A stretch of DNA of 64,000 nt from contig JAISHF010000004.1 in NCBI GenBank assembly GCA_031262695.1, positions 107,993 to 171,992 of the forward strand, written 5' to 3'. Below are positions 1 to 8,304 of this stretch, piece by piece (within the stretch, counting starts at the first letter, position 1; each line of letters begins with the position of its first letter). This DNA comes from Candidatus Nomurabacteria bacterium (GTDB lineage: Bacteria; Patescibacteriota; Saccharimonadia; Saccharimonadales; Saccharimonadaceae). The translations under genes were made by a program, and so were the position numbers. The notes beneath the pieces are model-generated. The model was given only the letters and a program-made list of their open reading frames with translations, made no database searches and was not told where the DNA came from.

Positions 1-346
1 CAAAACGGGTAGCGGTGAGGCGGGTGGATTTGCCGGTGCGTTCACGCATATAGGTCAAGAAATTACGGCGGACTTTGCCGCGGGCGGTGATTTCAATCTT
101 GGTGATTAGTGGGCTATGGAGCAAAAAGCTCTTTTCAACGCCGATGCCGCTCGCAACCTTGCGGACGGTAAAACTAGCGGTATGGGAATTGAGGTTTTTG
201 GTGTTAATTACGGTGCCTTGGAACATCTGGACGCGTTCTTTGTCGCCTTCTTTGATTTTTTGATAGACTTTGACGGTGTCGCCAGTGCGGACGGCCACGG
301 TGGCGCGCTTTTGGCGGTCGTTGATTTGCTTTAATAATTCACTCAT
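1..346 (-). CDS. rplS: 50S ribosomal protein L19 (partial; C-terminus runs off the left edge)
   Basis: Reverse-strand translation from ATG at 346..344 gives MSELLKQINDRQKRATVAVRTGDTVKVYQKIKEGDKERVQMFQGTVINTKNLNSHTASFTVRKVASGIGVEKSF..., the L19 core. The + ORF 116..334 is its antisense shadow. Confidence 0.85.
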   Translation of the reverse strand, partial: MSELLKQINDRQKRATVAVRTGDTVKVYQKIKEGDKERVQMFQGTVINTKNLNSHTASFTVRKVASGIGVEKSFLLHSPLITKIEITARGKVRRNFLTYMRERTGKSTRLTATRF

Positions 347-421
347 AGGGCTATTTTATCACAGTTTGGCACAAAATTCAAGAGTTTTTATTATATTTAA
401 GGTGTGATATATTATATATGT

Positions 422-937
422 ATGAAAATTCATTTTAGCTTTCGGTCTAATGGCTTGGTGTTGGCACTGGCAGCGGTTGGTGTAGCGGCGGTGCTGGTTG
501 GGGTTGGAGCATTGAACGCACGGGCGGACGACAATTCGCAAACTTGTGATGAGTTGAAACAGTCGGCAAAAAATCAGTTAGAAAAAGATAATGCGATGCA
601 GGCGGCACTTTATCGGCGGTATGCACATATATTGGACGGTCTGATGCGGACGATGAATGCGCGGCTAATCTTGAATGGGCGGTCGATTTCGGCGCTGGCA
701 AAAATTACGGATGATTTTGCAGGGGAACTAGCGAATTTTAGCGGCACGCATGCGAATTATGAGCAGGCTGTGGATGGGTTTTTGACGGCAAAATGTGATA
801 CGGCGACAGAAACGGCGCGCGAGATTGGTAGTTTGCGAGAGAATATGATTTTTTCTAAGGAGCGGCTGGATGGTGGCTTGCAGGTATATCGTGATGGCAT
901 TGTGGCAGAAAGCGGGCAGGATTTATGGCAGCAGTAG
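422..937 (+). CDS. hypothetical secreted/membrane-anchored protein
   Basis: The track ORF starts at a GTG at 404. ATG at 422 (MKIHFSF...) lies 8 nt after a TGTGATATATT -10-like element. The hydrophobic N-terminus LVLALAAVGVAAVLVGVGA looks like a signal peptide. No family recognised. Confidence 0.4.
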   Translation: MKIHFSFRSNGLVLALAAVGVAAVLVGVGALNARADDNSQTCDELKQSAKNQLEKDNAMQAALYRRYAHILDGLMRTMNARLILNGRSISALAKITDDFAGELANFSGTHANYEQAVDGFLTAKCDTATETAREIGSLRENMIFSKERLDGGLQVYRDGIVAESGQDLWQQ

Positions 938-1254
938 GCGAAGTCAGCTCGATTGCTGCTGAGGCAGCGTTAGGGGAGCGGTCGAGCGAGGGGGTTTCGG
1001 GCGGCAGTAAATTAGTTTTGACAGTGATGGCGGCGATTGCGGTAGCGATTGGGATGGTAGCGGTGTCGCTGGCGTTATATTATCATTCGGGGGCGTATCT
1101 AGCGGATTCTTCAAGGGTTGGCGCCGAAAAGACTTTGCCGGTAGGTGATGATTGGCAGTTTGAGGCGGTCGGGCCGCTTACGGGCGAGGAGTTTGAACTA
1201 TTTATCAATCATTTTGACACGAATTTTAAGGCTGTCAAGCGCGCGAGTTTTTAG
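925..1254 (+). CDS. hypothetical membrane protein
   Basis: ORF overlaps the upstream stop. One clear TM segment (LVLTVMAAIAVAIGMVAVSLALYY). No family recognised. Confidence 0.35.
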   Translation: MAAVGEVSSIAAEAALGERSSEGVSGGSKLVLTVMAAIAVAIGMVAVSLALYYHSGAYLADSSRVGAEKTLPVGDDWQFEAVGPLTGEEFELFINHFDTNFKAVKRASF

Positions 1255-1269
1255 CGCAGACATGGCTTG

Positions 1270-3708
1270 CTACAGGTTTGTGCCTGCAATCAGTTCGGCA
1301 AGACGGGTGCGGAATGCGTCGCCTTGTTTGATGAGGAGGTTGATGCGGGCCTCAATGGCGGGCTCGGCGATGGAGATTTCACGGGCGATGTCAGTTTGTT
1401 TTTCTAGCGGTTTGAAAAAGTCGCGGAACTCGCCGAGTTCAGGGACGGTGCGGAGAGTGCGACCGAGCAGGCGTGGATAGTAGGCGAGGTCGTGGCCGCG
1501 AAAAAGCCGGTCAAGTTCTGGCCAATTACCGCGAATCCACGTAAAAGTTTGTAAGCGGGCGATGGGGTTGGCGAGTAGGCCGCTAATAAATGATAAAATA
1601 TCTTGCGGGCGGACGGTAGATTTGTCTAGTAGGCGAGAGAGAATCATTGCGACCATATCAGGGCGTTTAGTAGCGGTGACGGCAGCGGCGATGTCGTGTT
1701 GCAGTTCGGGGTCGGCGGTATTGGTATATTGTGTAAAGAGGTTATCTACGGCGGCGCCAAAATCAAAGCGAACGTGAGTAGCCAGAATCACGGCGCGAGT
1801 GTCGGGGTTGAGGGATTTAAGGTTGTTGACATCTATTTGCAAAATTTGGTTAATGACATCAGGATTCTCAGAATAGGCCATAAAATGCAAAATGGTAGTG
1901 CGGAGTTCAACGGCGTGCGGGGTGTCGTCGGGTAGCGGGTTCATGCCGAGTTTAGCATAACATTTTTGGGCGGCACGGCCGATAACCGTCTTGAATTGTT
2001 GCTCTTGCAAGGTGTCTGGCTCAATAAATGTGCGTAAAAAGTTGATTAAATATGTAGCGGCCGACCAAACGAGGTAGTCGGTTTCGTCTTGGAGTTCAGC
2101 GACGAGGTTTAACGCGAGTTCAATTGGTAATTCGCTAGCCTCGGCGAGAATGCGGGCGTCAGTTAAAAGACGGGCGCGTTCTTCTGGGGTGGCGGCGGCG
2201 AAGTTGTTGATTTTTTCAGCCGTGACGGGGAGCAAATAGTAGCCTGAGAGGTCGGTTTTGATAGTGGGTAATGGATATTTGGAGCCGTGACCGCGGCCGT
2301 GGAGGGTGAATTCGTGCTGTTTGTCGCCTTCAATTAGTGGATAATGTGGGTGAGTAAGCCAGTAGTCCATCAAATTTTTGGCATTTGGCAATTCGGCCCA
2401 GAGGTCGTCGGCGGTAGTATTCTTGAAGGCGTGTTTGGTGAAATAGCTGCGGAGGCCGGCATAAAATGTCTCAGCGCCAATCTCAGAAACGAGTTGGCCG
2501 AGCAGGCAAGCGCCTTTGGCGTAGACGATAGCGCCGTCAAAGAGGGTTTGGATTTCGTCGGGGCTGGTGATATTTTGGCGGACGGTCTGGACATTTGGCA
2601 GTAAGTCACGAGCCATGGCGTAAGCGCGTTCTTCCAAGTAAAAATCGTCCATCACTTTCCACTCAGGGAAGATGGTATTAACGCAAACATACTCAATATA
2701 GGTGGCGAAACTTTCGTTAAGCCAGAGGTCGTCCCACCAGCGCATAGTGACGAGGTTGCCGAACCATTGGTGGGAGATTTCGTGTGCAATGGTGAGGGCG
2801 ACTTGTTTTTTGGTGTCTAAACTTGCCTTTTCGCCTGCGATTAACATACTTTCGCGGTAGGTGATAAGGCCCCAGTTTTCCATCGCACCGGCCTCAAAAT
2901 CGGGTAGGGCGACTTGGTCTAATTTGGCGAGCGGATAAGGCACGCCAAAATGGTCTACGTAAAAATCTAGGGCGCGAGCAGCAATCTCATTGGCGAAAGT
3001 GAGGGTAGAATCAGGGTGGCAGGCGGTGGCATAAGTGGTGATTTGCGTGCCGTGAGTGCTAGTGGTAGAGACGGAGTGAAAGCCGCCAATCGCAAAGGCG
3101 AGCAAATAGGTGCTCATCGGTGGCGTCTTGTGGAAGGCGGTGCGAATGCGCTGATTTTCAAGTTGTAGGCGAGTGGCGATTGGGGTGTTGCCGAGGGCGT
3201 CGGCGGTAGGGTCATGAATCAGAACAAGGTGGAACTCGGCTTTGGCTTCGGGCTCGTCAACACAAGGGAAGACATTGCGAGCATAGTGGCTCTCAAACTG
3301 GGTGGCGACGATTTCGCGCTGGATTTCGCCGACATTGTAGGTGGAAAGATAGGCACCGGTCATTCTCTCGGTCGCGATTGGGGCTTGCCACGCGATGCTG
3401 AGCGTAATCGTATCAGGGCGCGCGCCGAGCTTATCGTCGCGGTCGGCAACTTCTTTGTCGTCGTTTTTGGTGGCACTTGGTGGCGTGATGTCGTGAACCG
3501 TCAAAATGTCATCAGTTTGGGTAAAATTAAGTTTGCGTTTATTCTGTCCGACTTCTAGAATCTTTAAGCCGTTGGCGTGCAACTTAACCTCTTTGCCTTT
3601 TGGCACACCGACCACCACCATCAGCCCATGAATCGTGCGTTCTGTCGTTTGCACATCCAGAACTAACTGATACGAAACTGGCTTAAATTGCTCAAATAAT
3701 CTTTCCAT
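1270..3708 (-). CDS. pepN: M1-family aminopeptidase N
   Basis: 812 aa. GAMEN exopeptidase motif (DFEAGAMENWG) and gluzincin motif HEISHQWFGNLVTMRWWDDLWLNESFA (HExxH-x18-E). Confidence 0.9.
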   Translation of the reverse strand: MERLFEQFKPVSYQLVLDVQTTERTIHGLMVVVGVPKGKEVKLHANGLKILEVGQNKRKLNFTQTDDILTVHDITPPSATKNDDKEVADRDDKLGARPDTITLSIAWQAPIATERMTGAYLSTYNVGEIQREIVATQFESHYARNVFPCVDEPEAKAEFHLVLIHDPTADALGNTPIATRLQLENQRIRTAFHKTPPMSTYLLAFAIGGFHSVSTTSTHGTQITTYATACHPDSTLTFANEIAARALDFYVDHFGVPYPLAKLDQVALPDFEAGAMENWGLITYRESMLIAGEKASLDTKKQVALTIAHEISHQWFGNLVTMRWWDDLWLNESFATYIEYVCVNTIFPEWKVMDDFYLEERAYAMARDLLPNVQTVRQNITSPDEIQTLFDGAIVYAKGACLLGQLVSEIGAETFYAGLRSYFTKHAFKNTTADDLWAELPNAKNLMDYWLTHPHYPLIEGDKQHEFTLHGRGHGSKYPLPTIKTDLSGYYLLPVTAEKINNFAAATPEERARLLTDARILAEASELPIELALNLVAELQDETDYLVWSAATYLINFLRTFIEPDTLQEQQFKTVIGRAAQKCYAKLGMNPLPDDTPHAVELRTTILHFMAYSENPDVINQILQIDVNNLKSLNPDTRAVILATHVRFDFGAAVDNLFTQYTNTADPELQHDIAAAVTATKRPDMVAMILSRLLDKSTVRPQDILSFISGLLANPIARLQTFTWIRGNWPELDRLFRGHDLAYYPRLLGRTLRTVPELGEFRDFFKPLEKQTDIAREISIAEPAIEARINLLIKQGDAFRTRLAELIAGTNL

Positions 3709-3715
3709 ACTTGAA

Positions 3716-4210
3716 TTATATCATAGATGTGGTGAGGGCATAGAGGGCAATGCCGGTGGCGACGGCGACATTGAAGGATTCTTTTTGGCCACGCATGGGG
3801 ATTTCTACAGTGTCGCTAACTTTATAAAGTTCGCTGCTCGGCAGACCGTGGCGTTCTTCGCCGACGACGAGGAGGATTTCGTTGCTTAACGGGGGTAGAT
3901 TGGGCAAAATGTGGCTATTTGGGGCTTGTTCTAGGGCGATAACTTGGGTGGATTTTGGTAAAACTTTATAAAGTTTGTCAATATCGTCGTAGTGGGCGAG
4001 TGTGAGGGTCTGCTCGGCGCCGAGTGATATTTTGGCGATTTTTTGGGTCATATTTTTGCGAATATGGGGTAGGCGAGGGTCATTTGGGAGTTCGGGGTAG
4101 GGGGTAGTGCCGATAAAATAGACATTAGCGACGCCAAAGCCGTCAGCGGTGCGGAGGATTGAAGCGACATTTTCGGTGCTACGCAAGTTCCAGAGAGCTA
4201 AGGAAATCAT
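3716..4210 (-). CDS. SpoU/TrmH-family RNA 2'-O-methyltransferase
   Basis: Likely start is MISLALWNLRSTENVASILRTADGFG (ATG 4210), which overlaps the upstream stop as ATGA. SPOUT-type C-terminus LLVVGEERHGLP...IPMRGQKESFNVAVATGIALY. Confidence 0.75.
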   Translation of the reverse strand: MISLALWNLRSTENVASILRTADGFGVANVYFIGTTPYPELPNDPRLPHIRKNMTQKIAKISLGAEQTLTLAHYDDIDKLYKVLPKSTQVIALEQAPNSHILPNLPPLSNEILLVVGEERHGLPSSELYKVSDTVEIPMRGQKESFNVAVATGIALYALTTSMI

Positions 4211-5034
4211 AGCACGCTTTCGGCCAGAGCGGCGATTTTGGGGGTTGGGTTCCAGATGGATAGCAAGAGGGCCTTGACGGCTGGCTCGCCGCCCCAGAGA
4301 GTGAGGGGGTTGTATTTGGTGGTGGGGAGGCTTGTTGAAATAACTTCGCCATTTTGGGCGACAAGGAAGTTGTCGTTTGCAAAAGTGGCAATGCCGCATT
4401 GGTAGGTGAGGGTGAGTTTGTGCAAAACTTCGGCGAGTTGAGGCAGCGGCATAGTAGAAGTGATGATTTTGGGGTAAAAAACCGATTTGAGGAGTTTTTG
4501 CAGTTGAGTGAAGGTGAGAAAGAGTTTGGCGTTCGGGTTTTCAAGTGGCAAGGCGGGGAGGAGTAAATCTATGGCGTCGCGAGTGATTAGCAGGGACTTT
4601 TTAGAAAAGGTTATTCCCGAGGCAGAATCGCCCTTATTGTCTTGGGAATAGCCTTGCTCTAAAAAGTTGCTAAAAACTTGGGCGGTTTCGGCGTTTTTGC
4701 CGAAGTCGCCGACGAATAAAATACCGTCGGCCCAAGCGGCGAGTTCTTGGAGGTCGTTTTCAGCGGCCTTGGTGAAGCCGAGCGATTTTGGGTCGCCCGA
4801 AAAAATGAAATCGGGATTTTTGGGGAGGAGTTTTTCTAGGGTTTTAGGGAATAAAACTTTCACCTCGCCTGCACCTAATTCTTTAGCCTTGGTGTAGGCA
4901 TAGTTTACGCCAGCAAAGCCCGCCGAACTGCCGCCGATGAGCAAGATTTTACCCATAAGGTCGCGGCGTTCGGGCGCTAAGAGGTTGTCGGTAAAAAGCG
5001 GCTTAGCGGCATCTTGAACGCGGAAAAAGTTCAT
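4207..5034 (-). CDS. YjeF C-terminal / carbohydrate-kinase-like protein (NAD(P)HX dehydratase-like, divergent)
   Basis: GKILLIGGSSAGFAGVNYAYTKAKELGAGEV resembles the GGSxxYxGA segment of NAD(P)H-hydrate dehydratases. The C-terminal GxGD motif is not clear. Confidence 0.4.
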   Translation of the reverse strand: MNFFRVQDAAKPLFTDNLLAPERRDLMGKILLIGGSSAGFAGVNYAYTKAKELGAGEVKVLFPKTLEKLLPKNPDFIFSGDPKSLGFTKAAENDLQELAAWADGILFVGDFGKNAETAQVFSNFLEQGYSQDNKGDSASGITFSKKSLLITRDAIDLLLPALPLENPNAKLFLTFTQLQKLLKSVFYPKIITSTMPLPQLAEVLHKLTLTYQCGIATFANDNFLVAQNGEVISTSLPTTKYNPLTLWGGEPAVKALLLSIWNPTPKIAALAESVL

Positions 5035-5801
5035 AATTTGACCTCCACGCTAATCGGGCAGTGGTCGGAGCCGCGGACCTGCTCGTAAATCTCGGCATTT
5101 TTGGCGGTAAGATTTTTGGCGAGGGCATAGTCAATCCGCCAACCATTCAGGCCGCGTTCGCGGACGCGAAAACTCCACCAAGTATATTGGATTTTGTCGG
5201 GGTTTTCTTCGCGCCAGATATCGCGAAAGCCGGCGGCAAGGTAGTTTTTGAAGTCTTGGCGCTCCTCTATGGTAAAGCCGTGAGCGCCTTTTTTGGTTTC
5301 GGGCTTGGCGACATCAATTGGTTCGTTGGCAACGTTAAAGTCGCCCATTAGCAGCGCATGGGGCTGATTTTTTAGCGAGCTGTTGATATAGGCGTCCCAT
5401 TTGACGCGGAGCGGAATGCGGCTCAAATCTTCTTTGCCGTTTGGGGCATACATATTGACGACGAGAATTTCGCCGATTTTGACGGCGGTCAGGCGGCCTT
5501 CGCTGCAAGCGTCGCCGTATTTATCAGATAAATCAGTTTTTTGTAAAATTATTTCTTTGGCGGCGAGAGATTTTTTGGTCCAGATGGCAGTGCCGGCGTA
5601 GCCTTTGCGTTTGGCGAAGGACCAGAACATCTCGTAGTCGGGAAATAGTTCGGCTAGTTTTAGCTCGGCGAGCTGTGATTCTTGGATTTTGATTTCTTGC
5701 AAGCCGAGAATGTCGGGGTTATATAACTTTATAAAGTTTTGCAGGTCGCCACGGTTGAGGATTGCCCTTAATCCATTGACGTTCCAAGAAAAAACCGTCA
5801 T
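5031..5801 (-). CDS. xth: exodeoxyribonuclease III (AP endonuclease)
   Basis: SWNVNGLRA, LGLQEIK, MGDFNVA and GSDHCPISVEV are typical ExoIII/APE1 EEP-fold motifs. Confidence 0.9.
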   Translation of the reverse strand: MTVFSWNVNGLRAILNRGDLQNFIKLYNPDILGLQEIKIQESQLAELKLAELFPDYEMFWSFAKRKGYAGTAIWTKKSLAAKEIILQKTDLSDKYGDACSEGRLTAVKIGEILVVNMYAPNGKEDLSRIPLRVKWDAYINSSLKNQPHALLMGDFNVANEPIDVAKPETKKGAHGFTIEERQDFKNYLAAGFRDIWREENPDKIQYTWWSFRVRERGLNGWRIDYALAKNLTAKNAEIYEQVRGSDHCPISVEVKL

Positions 5802-6274
5802 CTTGCTCCTTTGATGGCGCGGCGGGCTTCGCGGTCGCTGTCGCGGCGCTTGATGGTTTCGCGCTTGTCGTAGGATTTTTTGCCCTTGCCTAGGGCGATT
5901 TCTACCTTGACGAAGCGGCGAGCGGCAAAAAGTTTAGTTGGCACAATGGTGTAGCCGGCAGTGCGGGCGCTAGCGAGTTCTTGGAGTTGCTTTTTTTTGA
6001 CGAGCAACTTAATTGGGCTGGTGTCTATCACGCTTTCGCCGTCGTGGCCGCCGTTTTTGAGGCTAAAACTGGCGTTTTGTAGCCAGAGTTCGCCGTTGCG
6101 GACGACCACATAGGCGCCCTTCAGCTGAACGCGATTATCACGGACGGCACGGACTTGTTTGCCCGAAAGCACCAGCCCAGCGGTGAGATTTTCACTGAGA
6201 GTGTAGTCAAAATGCGCACGGCGATTGTCTACCACAGTGGGCTTTTTGGCTGGCTTATGCTTGGTTTTGGGCAT
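5798..6274 (-). CDS. smpB: SsrA-binding protein SmpB
   Basis: NRRAHFDYTLSE..., GYTIVPTKLF... and GKGKKSYDKRETIKRRDSDRE match SmpB. Start chosen at MPKTKHK (ATG 6274), just after the upstream gene's stop. The track start at 6295 is also possible. Confidence 0.88.
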   Translation of the reverse strand: MPKTKHKPAKKPTVVDNRRAHFDYTLSENLTAGLVLSGKQVRAVRDNRVQLKGAYVVVRNGELWLQNASFSLKNGGHDGESVIDTSPIKLLVKKKQLQELASARTAGYTIVPTKLFAARRFVKVEIALGKGKKSYDKRETIKRRDSDREARRAIKGAR

Positions 6275-6275
6275 T

Positions 6276-6545
6276 TTAGGCCTTTTTGCCCTCAATCTTG
6301 GCGATGGCGTCTAGGATTTTGGCGCGGTCAAAACCCTCAACGACAGCAACTAGTTTGTCGCCGTCGTAGATTTCGGTGGTTGGGTAGCCAGCCAAGTTCG
6401 GGTTGCTCTCGCCGTCTTTTTCTTTATAGGTGATACCACTGTCGTTTAACCAGTCCATTAGGGCGTGGCAATAGCCACACCAGCTGGCGCTCCAAACGAC
6501 AATTTTGGCTCTCTGACCCTTTACTTGTGTGTTATTTTCACTCAT
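6276..6545 (-). CDS. glutaredoxin/NrdH-like small redox protein
   Basis: 89 aa. KIVVWSASWCGYCHALMDWL contains a CxxC active site in a thioredoxin-fold context. Confidence 0.7.
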   Translation of the reverse strand: MSENNTQVKGQRAKIVVWSASWCGYCHALMDWLNDSGITYKEKDGESNPNLAGYPTTEIYDGDKLVAVVEGFDRAKILDAIAKIEGKKA

Positions 6546-7474
6546 AACCCCTCCTTTTTTAAGATTTCGCGCGCTTCTGCTACATTTTTCGTATCCATAA
6601 GTTTGGCTCTAAGGTCGCTAGCACCCCGCGTGCCATGCACATATACCTTAAAAAATCGCTTTAGTGGCTCATATTTGCTGATTTTGTATTGCTCCCAGAG
6701 GTCTAAATGATATTTGAGTAGTTCAATCAGTTTGGCAGGTGTGGGCTGGTGGCCGGTAAAGCAAAAGGGGTTGGCGAAGACGCCGCGACCAATCATGGCG
6801 CCGTCAAAACCGAATTTTTTGGCCATTTCTAACCCTGTTTCGGCATCAGGGATGTCGCCGTTGAAGATTAACTTAGTTTTAGGGGCGATTTCGTTTCGCA
6901 TAGCGACGATTTCGGGGATTAATTCGTAGTGGGCAGGGACTTTACTCATTTCTTTTTTGGTGCGAAGGTGGACGGTGAGGGCTTTGAGGTCTTGTTGCAG
7001 TAAAAACGGCAGCCAAGTTTGGTATTCTTCTACCTTGCTGTAGCCTAAGCGGGTCTTAACACTGACATCTATATCGGCGGTTTTGGTGGCCTTGATGATT
7101 TCGGCGACGAGGTCGGGCGACTTGATGAGGGCGGAGCCGCCACCACTTTTGACGACGTTTTTATCGGGGCAACCAGTATTGATGTCAACCGCAAGATAGC
7201 CGAGGTTTTTTAGCCCCTCGGCGAGTAGGGCGTAGTTCTCGGGGGTTTTGCCCCAGATTTGGGCGACAATTGGCTGCTCGCTCGGTAAAAATCGTAGGCG
7301 CTCCAAGGCGTTGGTGCGACCATTCTCGTTGGCATAACTATAAACGTTGGTAAATTCGGTAAAAAAGACATCGGGCCGCCCCGCCCGCGCCACAATTTGG
7401 CGAAAGACGATATCGGTCACGCCCTCCATTGGGGCGAGAACGGTAAATGGCTGCTTAAACTTATCCCAGAACAT
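6542..7474 (-). CDS. dus: tRNA-dihydrouridine synthase
   Basis: FTVLAPMEGVTDIVFRQ, VDINTGCPDKNVVKSGGGSAL and MIGRG are Dus-family motifs. Start taken at MFWDKFKQ. Confidence 0.85.
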   Translation of the reverse strand: MFWDKFKQPFTVLAPMEGVTDIVFRQIVARAGRPDVFFTEFTNVYSYANENGRTNALERLRFLPSEQPIVAQIWGKTPENYALLAEGLKNLGYLAVDINTGCPDKNVVKSGGGSALIKSPDLVAEIIKATKTADIDVSVKTRLGYSKVEEYQTWLPFLLQQDLKALTVHLRTKKEMSKVPAHYELIPEIVAMRNEIAPKTKLIFNGDIPDAETGLEMAKKFGFDGAMIGRGVFANPFCFTGHQPTPAKLIELLKYHLDLWEQYKISKYEPLKRFFKVYVHGTRGASDLRAKLMDTKNVAEAREILKKEGL

Positions 7475-7648
7475 ATCTATATTGTAACATATTAAAACTC
7501 CCAGACGCAATATTTCGCGTCTGGGAATTATGAAACACGCATTAGGCTAGGCAGGACACAGGCGGAGGACAAAACTGCCCCTTTTGTTTATACAGCCCTT
7601 ACGCGTGAATCAGGCAGAGGTGATTATACGCCGTAGTGCATGCAGTAG

Positions 7649-8011
7649 TTATGTGTGGGTTAGGATACTCAGTACGCTCGTGCCGATTTTTTGGATAAAT
7701 GTTTGGTTGCCGGCTTGCGATGTGCGGTAATATTCGGCGTCGGTATTCATAACCTGTTGTCCGGCCGAAGCGGTGGCATCGCGGACTGTGATTACACGGT
7801 CTAACTGCGGTGCGGGTTTACCTGGTTCGTGCGTGACGATTTTGTCGGTTGCGCCGAAAACTTTATCCCAGAAGGTTGGCTCGGAAACGGTTGCGTTAGA
7901 AACTGTATTGCTGCTATATCCGCTTGAACTGCCTGAGCTGGCACTATTCATAGCACTGGACATAGAGGCTACCGAACCGGGACGACTGCTGTAGCTATAG
8001 CCACTTGTCAT
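7649..8011 (-). CDS. hypothetical Ser-rich protein
   Basis: ORF with GGGGAGG about 12 nt upstream of ATG 8011 (MTSGYSYSS...). N-terminus is low-complexity Ser-rich. No family recognised. Confidence 0.3.
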   Translation of the reverse strand: MTSGYSYSSRPGSVASMSSAMNSASSGSSSGYSSNTVSNATVSEPTFWDKVFGATDKIVTHEPGKPAPQLDRVITVRDATASAGQQVMNTDAEYYRTSQAGNQTFIQKIGTSVLSILTHT

Positions 8012-8304
8012 TTTGATCACCTGCCTCCCCGTAAGTCGGGAAGGTCCTTTCATTAAAAGTACGCCGGTCGGCGCATTTTAATGAAGGGAAGGCAGCGACC
8101 GGTGTCTGTTAAGGTTATTTTAGCATACAAAATCACCGATGTAAAGTTGTTAAGGTTAAAGATTTTGCATTTTAGACTTGATTTTTGGGGCTGGGTGTGA
8201 TATAATAGAGGTAAGAAGAGAAATCTTGGAGGTAGGCGATATTCGCTATCTTTATGGGGTAAGCCCAAGAAATAATATTAAATATAAGTGGAAATAGGAG
8301 AATA

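Noticed and set aside
116-334. A + strand ORF of 72 aa at the left edge
   Set aside because: It is the antisense shadow of rplS. The minus-strand translation is an unmistakable L19.
7498-7648. Possible small ncRNA between dus and the Ser-rich ORF (hairpin TCCCAGACGC-N8-GCGTCTGGGA at 7498-7525 plus about 120 nt)
   Set aside because: The hairpin is adequately explained as the terminator of the minus-strand ORF 7649..8011. I could not match the rest to SRP, 6S, RNase P or tmRNA signatures.
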